Below, one piece after another: positions 38,831 to 50,034 of a stretch of DNA of 64,000 nucleotides. Below the pieces are notes generated by a model. It worked only from the letters and a program-made list of their open reading frames with translations. It was not told the DNA's origin and ran no database searches. Positions within the stretch are counted from its first letter, which is position 1. Every line of letters begins with the position of its first letter. The stretch comes from Paludibacteraceae bacterium (lineage in GTDB: Bacteria; Bacteroidota; Bacteroidia; Bacteroidales; Paludibacteraceae). The stretch is taken from the NCBI GenBank assembly GCA_045579895.1, contig JAZNMT010000012.1, positions 11,165 to 75,164 on the forward strand, read 5' to 3'. A program made the translations under genes and the position numbers.

Positions 38831-40165
38831 TTATTTTACTATTTTTCCTTTCAAAGTCGCTGCGGAAGCTGCTAAAATCTCTATTTTTACCACTTCTCCA
38901 ATATGCCTACCCTCACGCGGAAAAACGACCGTCTTGTATTGACTCGTACGACCATACATATCATCATGACTACGTTTGGAATAACCTTCTACCAGCACAT
39001 CAACCACCTTGCCCACCTCACGCTCATTAGACTCCAATGAGAGTTGCGTTTGAAGCGAAATAATTTCATTCAAACGGCGAACCTTTTCTTCTTCGCTTAT
39101 ATTATCGGGTAAGTGCTTTTGAGCATGGGTACCTGGTCGTTCGCTGTACTTGAACATAAAGGCAGAATCGAACCCAACTTCACGCATGAGCGACAAAGTC
39201 TCTTGATGATCCTCAATCGTTTCACTATGAAAACCACAAAAAACATCTGTACTAATCGCTGCTTCTGGCAAAATTCGACGGATAGCGGCTATGCGATCTA
39301 AATACCACTCGCGAGTATATTTACGATTCATAAGCTTCAAAATGCGATTTGAACCACTTTGCACAGGCAAATGAATAAACTTACACAAATTATCATGCGA
39401 GGCTATCACTTCCAATGTAGCATCAGACATATCTTTCGGATGAGAAGTGGTAAAGCGAATACGCATAGTTGGAACTAATTCAGCTACAATACGAAGCAAA
39501 GAAGAGAAATCAATAATTTCTGTTTCACCATTAGCATGAACATGCTCATAGCGATACGAATTGACATTCTGACCCAACAGGGTCACCTCCTTGTAGCCCT
39601 TGGCTTGTAAATCAAGTACTTCGTTTTTGATGCTTTCCACATCACGGCTACGCTCGCGCCCGCGAGTATAAGGCACTACGCAATAGGAACAGAAATTATT
39701 GCAACCGCGCATAATGCTCACAAAACCAGATATTTGTTTACCTATGCGTGCTGGCATCACTTCTCGATAAGTCTCAGTGGTACTCAGTTGAATATTGACG
39801 GCTTTAACACCTTGCTCACATTGCGCTAAGAGATTAGGGATATCCATATACGCATCCGGTCCCGCCACAAAGTCCACTGCATAGTCGCGTACCAACGCCT
39901 CGCCCATACGCTCTGCCATACAACCGATTACACCGATTAGTTTCTGGTCTTTTTTTCTATTTCTACCTCCGCGCAACTCCTGCAATCGGTGTTGAACCTT
40001 TTGCTCTGCATTATCACGAATAGAACACGTATTCAAGATGATAATATCCGCTTCAGCAATATGGTCCGTCAATTCGGCACCCGTCATCTGCATGATAGCG
40101 GCAACCACCTCGCTGTCTGCCACATTCATCTGGCAACCAAATGTTTCTATATAAAAACGTTTCAT
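38831..40165 (-). CDS. miaB: tRNA (N6-isopentenyl-A37) methylthiotransferase
   Basis: FYIETFGCQMNVADSE, the radical-SAM cluster IMRGCNNFCSYCVVP and a C-terminal TRAM domain are present. Confidence 0.93.
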   Translation of the reverse strand: MKRFYIETFGCQMNVADSEVVAAIMQMTGAELTDHIAEADIIILNTCSIRDNAEQKVQHRLQELRGGRNRKKDQKLIGVIGCMAERMGEALVRDYAVDFVAGPDAYMDIPNLLAQCEQGVKAVNIQLSTTETYREVMPARIGKQISGFVSIMRGCNNFCSYCVVPYTRGRERSRDVESIKNEVLDLQAKGYKEVTLLGQNVNSYRYEHVHANGETEIIDFSSLLRIVAELVPTMRIRFTTSHPKDMSDATLEVIASHDNLCKFIHLPVQSGSNRILKLMNRKYTREWYLDRIAAIRRILPEAAISTDVFCGFHSETIEDHQETLSLMREVGFDSAFMFKYSERPGTHAQKHLPDNISEEEKVRRLNEIISLQTQLSLESNEREVGKVVDVLVEGYSKRSHDDMYGRTSQYKTVVFPREGRHIGEVVKIEILAASAATLKGKIVK

Positions 40166-40172
40166 GCTTGCT

Positions 40173-42086
40173 TTATAAGACCAAACGTACTGACAATCGA
40201 GAGCATTGTCCTACCTTCCCGCCGGTGCGAGCACCATTACCATCAAAGAACAGATATCTTGCATTTACCTTGTCTTCGCGAGTAAAGGCCCAATAATAAC
40301 CTCCAATACCCACAAAGTTGATTTGACTATTACAATCGCAGTAGCCATCTGCGGGAAGCGTGATGGACTTGCCGTTAGGACCTGTCACCAGATATTGATT
40401 ACCGCTCAGAGTCCAATAGCAATAGTCTTTCAACTCTTGTTGCTGAGCTTCGGTAGGTAACTGATTACCATATTTGATAGCTGCTTCTGCATAGGCAAAG
40501 CGCGCTTGGTCACCACCCTCGTTGGTCTTTTTCCATAGAGTACCACTGGGCAAACCCAAATCTACATAATCCCTACGTTCAATCTCTCCACGCTGAAGGG
40601 CTTCCTCACGTGCTTTCCGGCGCAACTCCATAGCTATACGTTCCGCTTCTTCACGCGTACGCTGTTCCAACGCACGCTGAGCCATCTCCGCTTGTTTAAG
40701 CAACTCGTTCTTGCGCTGCTCATAAGCTAACCGCTCCATATCCTCTTCTGCTTGCTCAACTGGAGTGTTAGACGTCAACGTATATTGAACGGTCTGTTCA
40801 TTGTTCTCATCCACACGCAGAGACTGCATATATGGAGCATAACCATTCTTATCAATACGTAAACTGTAGTTTCCTACCATCAAACGATCAAGAATCAAGG
40901 GGGTAGTACCCATCAACTTATCATCTACATATACGTTGGCACCATAAGGAGCACCATTCACTATCACCGAACCGCAGATAGGCAATGGCTCATTCAAACG
41001 AAAGTGTTGAACGGTATCTACTCTAAGCACATCAATCAATGTGAACGTAGATTGGTATTTATCTGCACGAACTTCCACTAGGTGAGATCCAAACTCCACT
41101 TCGCCCGTCCACACTTCTTTGCCTAGTTCGACACCATCCATGTAGATAGTACCAAAATCAGTAGTTTGCAAAGCAATAAGAATGGAATTTCGCTCTAGCG
41201 TAGGAGACACGGTCAAGGTTTCTTCATCACGAATCTCAACAACAAAGGTAGTATCTTTGTATTTCTCCTTGTGCAGTTTAATGGAATACGAACCAGAAGG
41301 CAGTTTTTGTGGATAGAGCGGAACTGTTCCTAGGCGGAGTGGCGTATTATTTGCCATGCTGGTTGCATAGATCTGTGCGCCCACCGTATTGGCGGTCTCT
41401 GTGATGGCCAAGAAACCATAATGAGGACGCAGGGTGACGGTGGTCTCCGCATGCTCAGCATCTAAGGTAAAGGTTCCCTCTTCCGTATGATAGTCTGGTG
41501 CCGAAACCCGGTAACGATAGGTGCCATAGTTAATGACATCACTAGCCATACCATCTTCTGCCGTCCATAACTGCCAGGTACCATCTATTTCTACTTCCAC
41601 CACAGCATTTTCGGGAGTCACACGCATCTTGTAGAATTGACGGCGAGGTGCCTGTTGAACAACAGCACCACCTTCTAATGGCACATTAATCACCAACTCA
41701 TAGGTGCACTTAGACGCCAAAGCTGGAATCGAACCATGGGAGACATCGTTAAAAACGACTTTAATCTTCTCATACCTAGGCAGAGAAATCTCAATGTATT
41801 TCGCACCATCGGCCATATAAACCCAATATTCGTTACCTCTCTTTTGAGCGCTACCTATCATATAATTCGCATGAAAAGATGCTTCCGACTCGCTCAAAAC
41901 CTGTATCAATAGCAAAGCAGGATAATTACCTGAATTATCCTTGGGAGCATCAGACGCACGAGCATACAACTTCTCACTCGATACATCCACGAACTTTTTA
42001 ACACTCAACCCATCCGTCTGCGAAAATGCACTAGCATGCACCACAGATAAAAGAAAAATTAAAGATATGTATTTCAGTTTTTCCAT
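40173..42086 (-). CDS. secreted PEGA-domain protein with coiled-coil linker and C-terminal DUF1566/FISUMP-like domain
   Basis: I chose the start at MEKLKYISLIFLLSVVHASAFSQ. A PEGA-like segment reads VYVDDKLMGTTPLILDRLMVGNYSLRIDKNGYAP. A charged coiled coil reads EQRKNELLKQAEMAQRALEQRTREEAERIAMELRRKAREE. The C-terminus reads DLGLPSGTLW...GGYYW...SVRLV. Confidence 0.55.
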   Translation of the reverse strand: MEKLKYISLIFLLSVVHASAFSQTDGLSVKKFVDVSSEKLYARASDAPKDNSGNYPALLLIQVLSESEASFHANYMIGSAQKRGNEYWVYMADGAKYIEISLPRYEKIKVVFNDVSHGSIPALASKCTYELVINVPLEGGAVVQQAPRRQFYKMRVTPENAVVEVEIDGTWQLWTAEDGMASDVINYGTYRYRVSAPDYHTEEGTFTLDAEHAETTVTLRPHYGFLAITETANTVGAQIYATSMANNTPLRLGTVPLYPQKLPSGSYSIKLHKEKYKDTTFVVEIRDEETLTVSPTLERNSILIALQTTDFGTIYMDGVELGKEVWTGEVEFGSHLVEVRADKYQSTFTLIDVLRVDTVQHFRLNEPLPICGSVIVNGAPYGANVYVDDKLMGTTPLILDRLMVGNYSLRIDKNGYAPYMQSLRVDENNEQTVQYTLTSNTPVEQAEEDMERLAYEQRKNELLKQAEMAQRALEQRTREEAERIAMELRRKAREEALQRGEIERRDYVDLGLPSGTLWKKTNEGGDQARFAYAEAAIKYGNQLPTEAQQQELKDYCYWTLSGNQYLVTGPNGKSITLPADGYCDCNSQINFVGIGGYYWAFTREDKVNARYLFFDGNGARTGGKVGQCSRLSVRLVL

Positions 42087-42282
42087 AATCATGTTACCAT
42101 TTTCATGCATATGTGAGACCACATCCATACACCATAGTCACTACTATACGCATTGAGCGTGCAAAGGTAATATATTTTTTTGAATTATGCAAATAATACC
42201 ATGGTTTTAACATTTTTTTCACCAATGCCATACCTATCCTATTGCATAATTCAAAAATTAATAGTACTTTTGCAGCGGAAAA

Positions 42283-42882
42283 ATGAAACGATTATCATAC
42301 ATACTCACCACCCTATTACTTTCTACCATCGCGTATGGACAAGAGTATGCCATCACGGAAGTGGAGGGGCTGGATTCACTCGTACTGCAAATTACCGAGA
42401 ACGATACCTTCTATCTGGCAAGAATGCAGGACATTTGGGTGTACCCAAAGATGGTCTTCAAAAACAAGAAGCAAGAACGTTTCTATTGGAAGACTGTTCG
42501 CGATGTGAAGAAGACCCTCCCCTTTGCCAAAGAATTAACAAAAGAAATGCAAGTGGCTGACTATCAACTGGCCCTATTACCTGATGATAAAGCACGTCGC
42601 AAATGGTGGAGGCAACACGAGAAATACCTATTTAGGAAATACGAGAATGATTTTCGTCACATGACGGCCTCACAGGGGCAGATGCTGATGAAACTTATGG
42701 ATAGAGAAAGTGATAGAACGAGTTACGAAATAATTAAGCATTATAGAGGTAAGGCAAGTGCCAACTTCTGGCAATTCGTGGCTAAACTATTCAAGAATGA
42801 CCTTAAGGAAGAATATGATGCAGATGATAAGGATCGCATCGTAGAACGTGTGATAAACTTGGTAGAGGCAGGTATGTTATGA
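42283..42882 (+). CDS. DUF4294-like secreted protein
   Basis: It has a signal peptide. KKTLPFAKE...FRHMTASQGQMLMKLMDRESDRTSYEIIKHYRGKASANFWQ resembles DUF4294 as I recall it. Confidence 0.5.
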   Translation: MKRLSYILTTLLLSTIAYGQEYAITEVEGLDSLVLQITENDTFYLARMQDIWVYPKMVFKNKKQERFYWKTVRDVKKTLPFAKELTKEMQVADYQLALLPDDKARRKWWRQHEKYLFRKYENDFRHMTASQGQMLMKLMDRESDRTSYEIIKHYRGKASANFWQFVAKLFKNDLKEEYDADDKDRIVERVINLVEAGML

Positions 42883-43874
42883 AAAAGTTACCAAGAACTT
42901 TCCTTTTGTTGGTTGGTTTATTACTGTGCTGCTCTGCAGTAGCAGAAGATTGGCAGGATGATTTCTCGAATCCGGAACATTCACAAATAGTATGGTGGGG
43001 GAACTGGGAGTCGTTTGCCATCAATAAACAAGGACAACTGCAAAGTCAAACGGCCGAAGCAGCCGAAAGCGTGCTTTTTCACGAAAGCACCGCAGCCATT
43101 GATGCGGAATGGAAGTTTTGGGTACGTATTTCAGGTACATGCAGCGCATATAATCTAATTCGGTTTTACATTGCCTTGGAGGAAGACGACATTAGCAGCA
43201 ATGGCCTCTTTGTACAGATAGGGGGAGCAAACAAGAATATAACTCTTTATCAACAAACAGAGGGCGAGGCACGGAAAATCATTGAGGATACTACTCGGAA
43301 GAAGCTATTGGATGCAGATGCCTCGTATGTACATGTTCGCGTAACGCGTTCAGAAGATGGTGTAATGCATTTATACTCGTTAGTAGAGGGGAAAGATAGT
43401 GTATGGACCAAAGAAGGCGAATGCTTTGTTCCTATGCTCAGCAGTAAATATAGTGCTATCGTGATAAAGAATAGCAAAAAGCGTGGTTATGACTTTTATA
43501 TAGATGATATCTACGTAAAAGGAGAAGTGCAAAACACACCACTCACCGATGAAGAAACCTACAACAAGGCCTCTATACAACTACAAACAGAAAGTATTTC
43601 CCCTAATGGTGATGGCTGGGAAGACGAAGCATGTATTACCTACTATGTGCCCGCCCAAAAGACCACAGCAAAGCTGTCTATCTATACAGCCAATGGAGTA
43701 CTGGTAAAACATGTGCCACAAGTGTCCTCTTCATCAGAAGGTATGGTCTGTTGGGACGGGACCAATATGAATGGTCAAACAGTGGATATAGGAGTATATG
43801 TATTGCACATAGAAATCCACTCACCCAATGCTCCTACCCTTCGCCAGCGCTATGCATTGTCGGTGGGAAGATGA
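42879..43874 (+). CDS. secreted protein with C-terminal CHU_C / T9SS type-B-like sorting domain
   Basis: It has a signal peptide. The C-terminus reads ISPNGDGWEDEACITYYV...LSIYTANGVLV...WDGTNMNGQTVDIGVYVLHIEI. Its start overlaps the upstream stop (ATGA). Confidence 0.45.
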   Translation: MKKLPRTFLLLVGLLLCCSAVAEDWQDDFSNPEHSQIVWWGNWESFAINKQGQLQSQTAEAAESVLFHESTAAIDAEWKFWVRISGTCSAYNLIRFYIALEEDDISSNGLFVQIGGANKNITLYQQTEGEARKIIEDTTRKKLLDADASYVHVRVTRSEDGVMHLYSLVEGKDSVWTKEGECFVPMLSSKYSAIVIKNSKKRGYDFYIDDIYVKGEVQNTPLTDEETYNKASIQLQTESISPNGDGWEDEACITYYVPAQKTTAKLSIYTANGVLVKHVPQVSSSSEGMVCWDGTNMNGQTVDIGVYVLHIEIHSPNAPTLRQRYALSVGR

Positions 43875-45247
43875 GGCGCAACTTTGAACTTGCGCATATC
43901 GCGATTGATAAGTATGGCCGCAGTAATCGCAGAAAGAGCATCGCTGATAGGCAAACTCCACCACACCCCCCAGATAGGAGAAAAGTGCGTAGTAACTTCC
44001 CATACACCTAATAGTTTAGGCAACAACAACATTAGTGGAATCAAGAATAATACTTGACGCGAAAGACTAAGGAATATTGCTTTCCCCGACATGCCAATAG
44101 ATGTATAGAAATTACCTGTAATCATTGGGAATCCCACCATAAACATCACGCATAACATAATGCGCGCAGGCGCAATAGATTGCGCTATCAACAGTTCGTC
44201 GTGAGTAAACAAACGAATGAACCCTTCTGGCCATATCACTCCAAACAACCATAATCCTCCCATTACACAAGTGGCGCAATAGACGGACAACTTGAAAGCA
44301 CGCATCATACGAGGATATAGGTTGGCACCGTAGTTATACCCTACTATAGGTTGCATACCCTGCTGGATACCCATGACAATCATCGAAAAGAAGAACATAA
44401 AGCGATTGGTCATACCGAAGGTAGCGATAGCCATATCGCCTCCGTAGCGCTTGAGTTGGTTGTTGAGAACAATGACCACAAAGCAAGCAGCCATGTGCAT
44501 AAGGAAAGGTGCCATACCAATACCCAATGCGCGCATGGTGATGTCACGCTTCAGACGCCATATACCGCGGTGGAAATAGATTACTTCTTTAGGATTAAGG
44601 AATATCACCATTTGCCCAATTACTGCTATCGATTGTGAAAGTACAGTCGCTAATGCCGCACCTCGTACCCCCATATCCAATACGAAGATAAAGATAGGGT
44701 CTAGAATAATATTCGCCACCACCGCCACGATGGTAGATACCATAGCTACTTTTGGGTGACCTATTGAACGCAACATGCTATTGAGTCCGTAGTAAATATG
44801 TGTCAATATATTTGCCCACAAAATTACCTCCATATATTCATGGGCATATGTAATGGTCACTTCGCTCGCTCCAAATGCATACAAGATCGGATCCAACCAA
44901 AATAATCCAACTACCATGACCAAAGCACCCAACAGCACATTCAGAAGTATCACATTGGCTAGTACATCGTTGGCTGAACGATAATCTTTCTCTCCCAACT
45001 TAATGGCCACCAATGAACTAGCACCCACTCCCACTAAACTACCAAAAGCAGCGCAAATATCCATAAACGGTTTGGCGATAGTCAACCCAGACAACGCCAT
45101 AGCACCTACACCATGACCTATGAAGATAGAATCCACCATATTATATAGTGAACTGGCAGTCATAGCAATAATGCCAGGCATGGCATATTTAACAAGCAGG
45201 CTCCGAATAGATTGAGTGCCTAATTCAGTTATCTTAGGTGCTGACAT
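43850..45247 (-). CDS. MATE-family efflux transporter (second copy)
   Basis: The 465 aa ORF has 12 TM segments and the N-terminus LLVKYAMPGIIAMTASSLYNMVDSIFIGHGVG. Confidence 0.85.
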   Translation of the reverse strand: MSAPKITELGTQSIRSLLVKYAMPGIIAMTASSLYNMVDSIFIGHGVGAMALSGLTIAKPFMDICAAFGSLVGVGASSLVAIKLGEKDYRSANDVLANVILLNVLLGALVMVVGLFWLDPILYAFGASEVTITYAHEYMEVILWANILTHIYYGLNSMLRSIGHPKVAMVSTIVAVVANIILDPIFIFVLDMGVRGAALATVLSQSIAVIGQMVIFLNPKEVIYFHRGIWRLKRDITMRALGIGMAPFLMHMAACFVVIVLNNQLKRYGGDMAIATFGMTNRFMFFFSMIVMGIQQGMQPIVGYNYGANLYPRMMRAFKLSVYCATCVMGGLWLFGVIWPEGFIRLFTHDELLIAQSIAPARIMLCVMFMVGFPMITGNFYTSIGMSGKAIFLSLSRQVLFLIPLMLLLPKLLGVWEVTTHFSPIWGVWWSLPISDALSAITAAILINRDMRKFKVAPHLPTDNA

Positions 45248-46269
45248 ATACTTTCAAACATTTGTGATGCAGGATGACCATCTTGCAGCGCGATAGGTGC
45301 GCCATCATCGCCGCCTTCGCGAATGGATTGTACCAACGGTACTTGTCCAAGCAAAGGAATATTGAGCTCCTCGGCCAATCGCTTACCACCGTCTTTACCA
45401 AAGATGTAATAGCGATTATTCGGCAATTCCGCAGGCGTAAACCATGCCATATTCTCTATCAATCCCAATACAGGAACATTGATTTTCTCATTCATAAACA
45501 TGTCCACACCTTTTCGCGCATCTACCAATGCCACAGGCTGTGGAGTGGTCACCACAATAGCACCTGTCAAATGAAGATGTTGGACCAATGTGAGGTGAAT
45601 ATCACTCGTTCCGGGTGGCAAATCAATCAGGAAATAATCCAAATCACCCCAATGTGCATCTTGAATCAGTTGTTTGATCGCATTGCTGGCCATACCACCA
45701 CGCCAAACTACTGCTTGCTGTGGATCAACAAAGAATCCTATCGACAACATCTTAACACCATATTGCTCAATGGGCTCTATTAGATTACGACCATTGACTG
45801 GCGTCGAAACGGGACGACAACCCTCAGTGTGAAACATCTTCGGAATAGATGGACCATGAATATCGGCATCCAATAGTCCAACCTTATAGCCCATCTTTGC
45901 TAATGTAATAGCAATATTAGCGGAAATGGTGGACTTGCCTACACCACCCTTACCAGAGTGAATAGCTATCACATGCACAGCACGCAGATTCTCTACCGAA
46001 TCGGATTTAGGAGCGATATTTTGCTTGATAAATTTTGTGTGAATATGCACCGCCACATTATCATCCACATACGTATGGATAGCGGTTTCGGCTGCCTTTA
46101 ACACCGATTTACGAAACGGATCGTTGTCTTTTTCAAAGATCAACGAGAAGGAGACCTCCATACCTGAAATACGAATATCGTCTTCAAGCATGCCGCTTTC
46201 AATAAGGTTTTTACCCGTGCCTGGGTAACGTACATGTTGTAATGCGTCAATGATTTGTTGTGGATACAT
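45229..46269 (-). CDS. apbC: Mrp/NBP35-family Fe-S cluster carrier ATPase
   Basis: It has an N-terminal DUF59-like domain, the deviant Walker [15 protein letters not shown] and the motif DLPPGTSD. Confidence 0.9.
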   Translation of the reverse strand: MYPQQIIDALQHVRYPGTGKNLIESGMLEDDIRISGMEVSFSLIFEKDNDPFRKSVLKAAETAIHTYVDDNVAVHIHTKFIKQNIAPKSDSVENLRAVHVIAIHSGKGGVGKSTISANIAITLAKMGYKVGLLDADIHGPSIPKMFHTEGCRPVSTPVNGRNLIEPIEQYGVKMLSIGFFVDPQQAVVWRGGMASNAIKQLIQDAHWGDLDYFLIDLPPGTSDIHLTLVQHLHLTGAIVVTTPQPVALVDARKGVDMFMNEKINVPVLGLIENMAWFTPAELPNNRYYIFGKDGGKRLAEELNIPLLGQVPLVQSIREGGDDGAPIALQDGHPASQMFESICQHLR

Positions 46270-47038
46270 AGTTTCTTCCGTATGAACGATACGTGTCTTT
46301 TTCTATTTCTATATCTGGCTCTATCAGCGATGGTTCTTCTGGTAACTCCCATGCTAAATATTTAATAGTCAGCCCTCTGTCCAACCACTGGTGCTCATAG
46401 TGCGTCTGCAACGATCTTGCCTCATCTAACCCGCCTTTAGCCTCTAGCCTCATCGCCTCACCGCCTACTTCTCCATAGAGGTGGCTGGTGTCCACCAACA
46501 ACGGATAACCATTCTCTTTCACCATCGCTTGAGTATAGGTGTAAAGAAAGGGACTATCGGTCTTTAAATGAATGATACCATTGGGGCGAAGCAATTGGCG
46601 ATAACGCAACATAAAATAGGTAGAAGTCAAACGCTTGGTCGCTTTCTTCATCTGGGGATCAGGAAAAGTAATCCATATCTCAGATACCTCACACGGAGCA
46701 AAAAAATAACCAATCATCTCTATATTAGTACGCAAAAAGGCTACGTTCTTAATTCCTGCCTGTTCCGCTTGCTTGGCACCTGCCCACATGCGAGCACCCT
46801 TGATATCAATGCCTATATAGTTTTTATTGGGATTGCGCTGGGCTAAACCTACGGTGTATTCTCCGCGACCGCAGCCTAACTCTAGCACTATCGGATTATC
46901 ATTACCAAAATACTCCTCGTGCCATTTGCCACGCATCGCAACCACAGGATTTCCCTCCAATGTCTCACGTGCTCCACATTGAAACACATTATGGAAGGTC
47001 TCCATCTCTGCAAATTTCTTCAGTTTATTCTTGCCCAT
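46247..47038 (-). CDS. trmB: tRNA (guanine46-N7)-methyltransferase
   Basis: Motifs: [33 protein letters not shown] and IHLKTD. Confidence 0.88.
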   Translation of the reverse strand: MGKNKLKKFAEMETFHNVFQCGARETLEGNPVVAMRGKWHEEYFGNDNPIVLELGCGRGEYTVGLAQRNPNKNYIGIDIKGARMWAGAKQAEQAGIKNVAFLRTNIEMIGYFFAPCEVSEIWITFPDPQMKKATKRLTSTYFMLRYRQLLRPNGIIHLKTDSPFLYTYTQAMVKENGYPLLVDTSHLYGEVGGEAMRLEAKGGLDEARSLQTHYEHQWLDRGLTIKYLAWELPEEPSLIEPDIEIEKDTYRSYGRNYVSTTNH

Positions 47039-47492
47039 CTTTATATTGAATAATCATTCCTACCTCGGTTATACCTTGCAAACAATCTGTGCGCATGCCC
47101 TGACGAATACGAAAGGTATGCGTATTAGACGAGGAAAAATAATACGAATCATCGTATAGCAAGGGCAACTCATAGCGATGGCGACCCCTACCTAGCCAAC
47201 GACCATACTCATCGGCCAGCATAGCCTCTATCGTATCTTGATGAATTAACACACTATCGACATATTCATCCACAAAGAGCCACAAGTTTTGATATCCGTA
47301 TGTATCTGTATGACGTAATAATAGCAGCACTTCATATACTGAACTACTATCAGCCTCCGATATCGAATAACTCAATACAGAATCTTGATGCCAACCACCA
47401 GCTGGCAGGCTATGAAAATCTGTATATACCGTCCTATTATTGCAGCTGCATAGCAGCATTAGCATACATACTATGTAAACTATTTTTTTCAT
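47025..47492 (-). CDS. gldH: gliding-motility/T9SS lipoprotein GldH
   Basis: The lipobox is LMLLCSCN. The motif [22 protein letters not shown] is present. The holB-PSP1-gldH gene order is typical of Bacteroidota. Confidence 0.7.
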   Translation of the reverse strand: MKKIVYIVCMLMLLCSCNNRTVYTDFHSLPAGGWHQDSVLSYSISEADSSSVYEVLLLLRHTDTYGYQNLWLFVDEYVDSVLIHQDTIEAMLADEYGRWLGRGRHRYELPLLYDDSYYFSSSNTHTFRIRQGMRTDCLQGITEVGMIIQYKDGQE

Positions 47493-48652
47493 TCGGACTG
47501 ATGAGAGGAATGGGAGTGATTACCTCGCGAACGATTGTCACGACGGCGATTATTACCATTCTTTACATGATTATTTTTCTTCTTATCAAAGCGTGTCAAA
47601 TCATCTTGACCTACCACATTTTGATAATCTACCTCTACCGCCTCAATGCTGGATTGTTTTCCCCCCAACAAAGCGGGCTTCTCACCGCGTTTATTCATCT
47701 CTATGATATCCCTTGCCTGCTTTATAGAAAGCACTTGCAAGTTCACTGGACGATGCGCATCTGTTGAATATGTCACCTCTTCTTTCAGCGGATCGGCTGA
47801 GAAATAGTAGTATGTAGCATCCTGAGTCTCAAGAGGTTGATGACGAGATGGTAACTTCTTCACAGCTTCCTCATAGACCGGAGTCTCGTAATTCAAACAA
47901 CATTTCAACTTGGCGCACTGACCTGCCAATTTCTGAGGATTCAGCGAGAGGTTTTGCAAGCGAGCTGCATTCGTACCAACCGACGTGAACTGCGTCATCC
48001 AGGTAGAGCAACACAACTCACGACCGCAAGGACCCGTACCACCAATACGACCCGCTTCTTGACGGGCACCAATCTGCTTCATCTCTATGCGAACGCGGAA
48101 AGTCTCAGCATAGACTTTAATCAGTTGGCGAAAATCTACACGACCCTCTGCGATATAGTAGAAAATAGCTTTTGTACCATCACCCTGATATTCTACATCA
48201 CCAATCTTCATCTCTAGACCTAATGACTTAGCTAGTTCACGAGCCTTAATCATAGTCGCTTGCTCTTTGGCGTGAGCTTCCGATGCGCGCTGAAGATCTG
48301 ATTCAGTAGCCTCACGCAGGATATGGCGAATCTCATAACGATCCAGATTGATGTGGTTCTTATTCATCTGAATAGATACTAGGCGACCTGTCAACGTCAC
48401 TTCACCCATGTCATAACCTGGATTTGCCTCCACAATAACCACTACACCTTTCTCCAGAGGAAGATGATTACTGTTATGATAATAACCCTTGCGGGTATTC
48501 TTAAACTGAACCTCTACTAAGTCCGTCTCATCGCCAGTAGCAGGAACATCACTCAACCAATCTACCACAGGCAACATATGCCGAGGGTTATGATGAACCG
48601 ACTTCTTCGTGATATGACACGAACCATTTTCTATAATAAAATCTTCTTTCAT
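47489..48652 (-). CDS. PSP1-domain protein (RicT/YaaT-like)
   Basis: The PSP1 core spans KNTRKGYY through CGRELCCSTWM and KLKCCLNYE. The C-terminal tail is basic. Confidence 0.8.
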   Translation of the reverse strand: MKEDFIIENGSCHITKKSVHHNPRHMLPVVDWLSDVPATGDETDLVEVQFKNTRKGYYHNSNHLPLEKGVVVIVEANPGYDMGEVTLTGRLVSIQMNKNHINLDRYEIRHILREATESDLQRASEAHAKEQATMIKARELAKSLGLEMKIGDVEYQGDGTKAIFYYIAEGRVDFRQLIKVYAETFRVRIEMKQIGARQEAGRIGGTGPCGRELCCSTWMTQFTSVGTNAARLQNLSLNPQKLAGQCAKLKCCLNYETPVYEEAVKKLPSRHQPLETQDATYYYFSADPLKEEVTYSTDAHRPVNLQVLSIKQARDIIEMNKRGEKPALLGGKQSSIEAVEVDYQNVVGQDDLTRFDKKKNNHVKNGNNRRRDNRSRGNHSHSSHQSE

Positions 48653-48678
48653 AATATCTAGCCTCTAACCTTTAACCT

Positions 48679-49839
48679 CTAACCTCTCGCCCCTAACTTC
48701 ATCATCACAATCATCTGCAAACATAAATCAAAAAAGATAATCTTAGCGTTGCCATTTTGTGCTATTTGCTGCTCCGCCTTACCTAGTTCATTCATCATGC
48801 GTTCTACATTCCCATCATGGATAAAAGGCGCAAACTTACGAGAAAACTCGCGCTCAGATGAGGTTTGATAGTTCATCTCTGCCTGATGGAAATTGTAAAT
48901 ATAATTCTCCCGTATCTGACGCTGAGCATAGACCAAGAAGGCTTTTTGCTTCTCTCTACCCTCCTTAGCATCCCCTATCTCCATACTCCATTTCCGCAAA
49001 GCTAGTAGTGCACTATAATCTTTTCTCTGACCTACCAACCACGCGTTACGCATCAGGGATACAAAATCTTCGAAAAAAGTCGCATTCGTATCGCTACTAT
49101 CCAATGTCCGCAAGGCAGTTAAGTAGCTACCATTGGCTATATGCGCTATATCCCTCGCAGATGATGTGTCCAGACCATCAACACGCGATACTAATGCACC
49201 CGCTATCACTTCCTCCGACAAACGAGGTATGCGTATCTCCTGAGTCCGCGATAAAATCGTGGGCAACAACTGCTCTGGATGCTCGGTCACCAATAAGAAT
49301 AGTGTCTCATGAGGTGGCTCCTCTAGCAGCTTAAGCAACTTGTTCGAACAGGTAGCATTCATCTTCTCAGGCTGCCAGATAATCATCACCTTGTAACCAT
49401 CAGCAAAACTCTTCAACGACAACTTACGGCTAATCTCAGCACTCTCCTTCTCGTATATCATGGCTTGCTTGGTCTCAACACCCAATGCATTATACCAATC
49501 ATCCATATCAAAATACGGATTGGATAGGAATAAAGCACGAAACTTATCCAAATAATCATCGCACACATCCCCTGCCTCACTCTTCACAATAGGAAATGCA
49601 AAATGTAAATCGGGATGCTGCAACTTCTGGTATTGCAAACAACTGGCGCACACACCACAGGAATCAGAATCGCTCCGATGTGCACAAGATAAATACTGAG
49701 CATACGCCACTGCTAAAGCCAACTTGCCAACACCATGAATGCCACTCAGCAACTGAGCATGAGCTATACGACCTGAACGAGCTGATTCACACAGGACTGT
49801 TTTTACTTCTTCATGACCTATTATTTCGCTAAAACGCAT
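48679..49839 (-). CDS. holB: DNA polymerase III subunit delta'
   Basis: Motifs: FSEIIGHEEVK, HAQLLSGIHGVGK, the Zn module CGVCASC, ATCSNKLLKLLEEPP and SRTQ. Confidence 0.85.
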   Translation of the reverse strand: MRFSEIIGHEEVKTVLCESARSGRIAHAQLLSGIHGVGKLALAVAYAQYLSCAHRSDSDSCGVCASCLQYQKLQHPDLHFAFPIVKSEAGDVCDDYLDKFRALFLSNPYFDMDDWYNALGVETKQAMIYEKESAEISRKLSLKSFADGYKVMIIWQPEKMNATCSNKLLKLLEEPPHETLFLLVTEHPEQLLPTILSRTQEIRIPRLSEEVIAGALVSRVDGLDTSSARDIAHIANGSYLTALRTLDSSDTNATFFEDFVSLMRNAWLVGQRKDYSALLALRKWSMEIGDAKEGREKQKAFLVYAQRQIRENYIYNFHQAEMNYQTSSEREFSRKFAPFIHDGNVERMMNELGKAEQQIAQNGNAKIIFFDLCLQMIVMMKLGARG

Positions 49840-50034
49840 ACGCCCACAATTTACGCCGCAAAGGTAGTATTTTTTTTGGATATATGCAACCTTTCAATAG
49901 ATATTTTATCGGAGAAAGTGCCAGAAAGTGATAGCGCAGGCGTCGTTTTTTGAAAAAAAACTACTTATGCTTGCATATTTGTATTTTTTTTTGTACCTTT
50001 GCCCCGTTTTTTCACGTAAAAACCATCTAATAAT

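Noticed and set aside
38710-39030. 106-aa plus-strand ORF
   Set aside because: It spans AT-rich intergenic DNA and the antisense 3' end of miaB, and the peptide is low-complexity and Phe/Leu/Lys-rich.
45274-45783. 169-aa plus-strand ORF
   Set aside because: It is antisense to the Mrp/ApbC gene and has no motifs.
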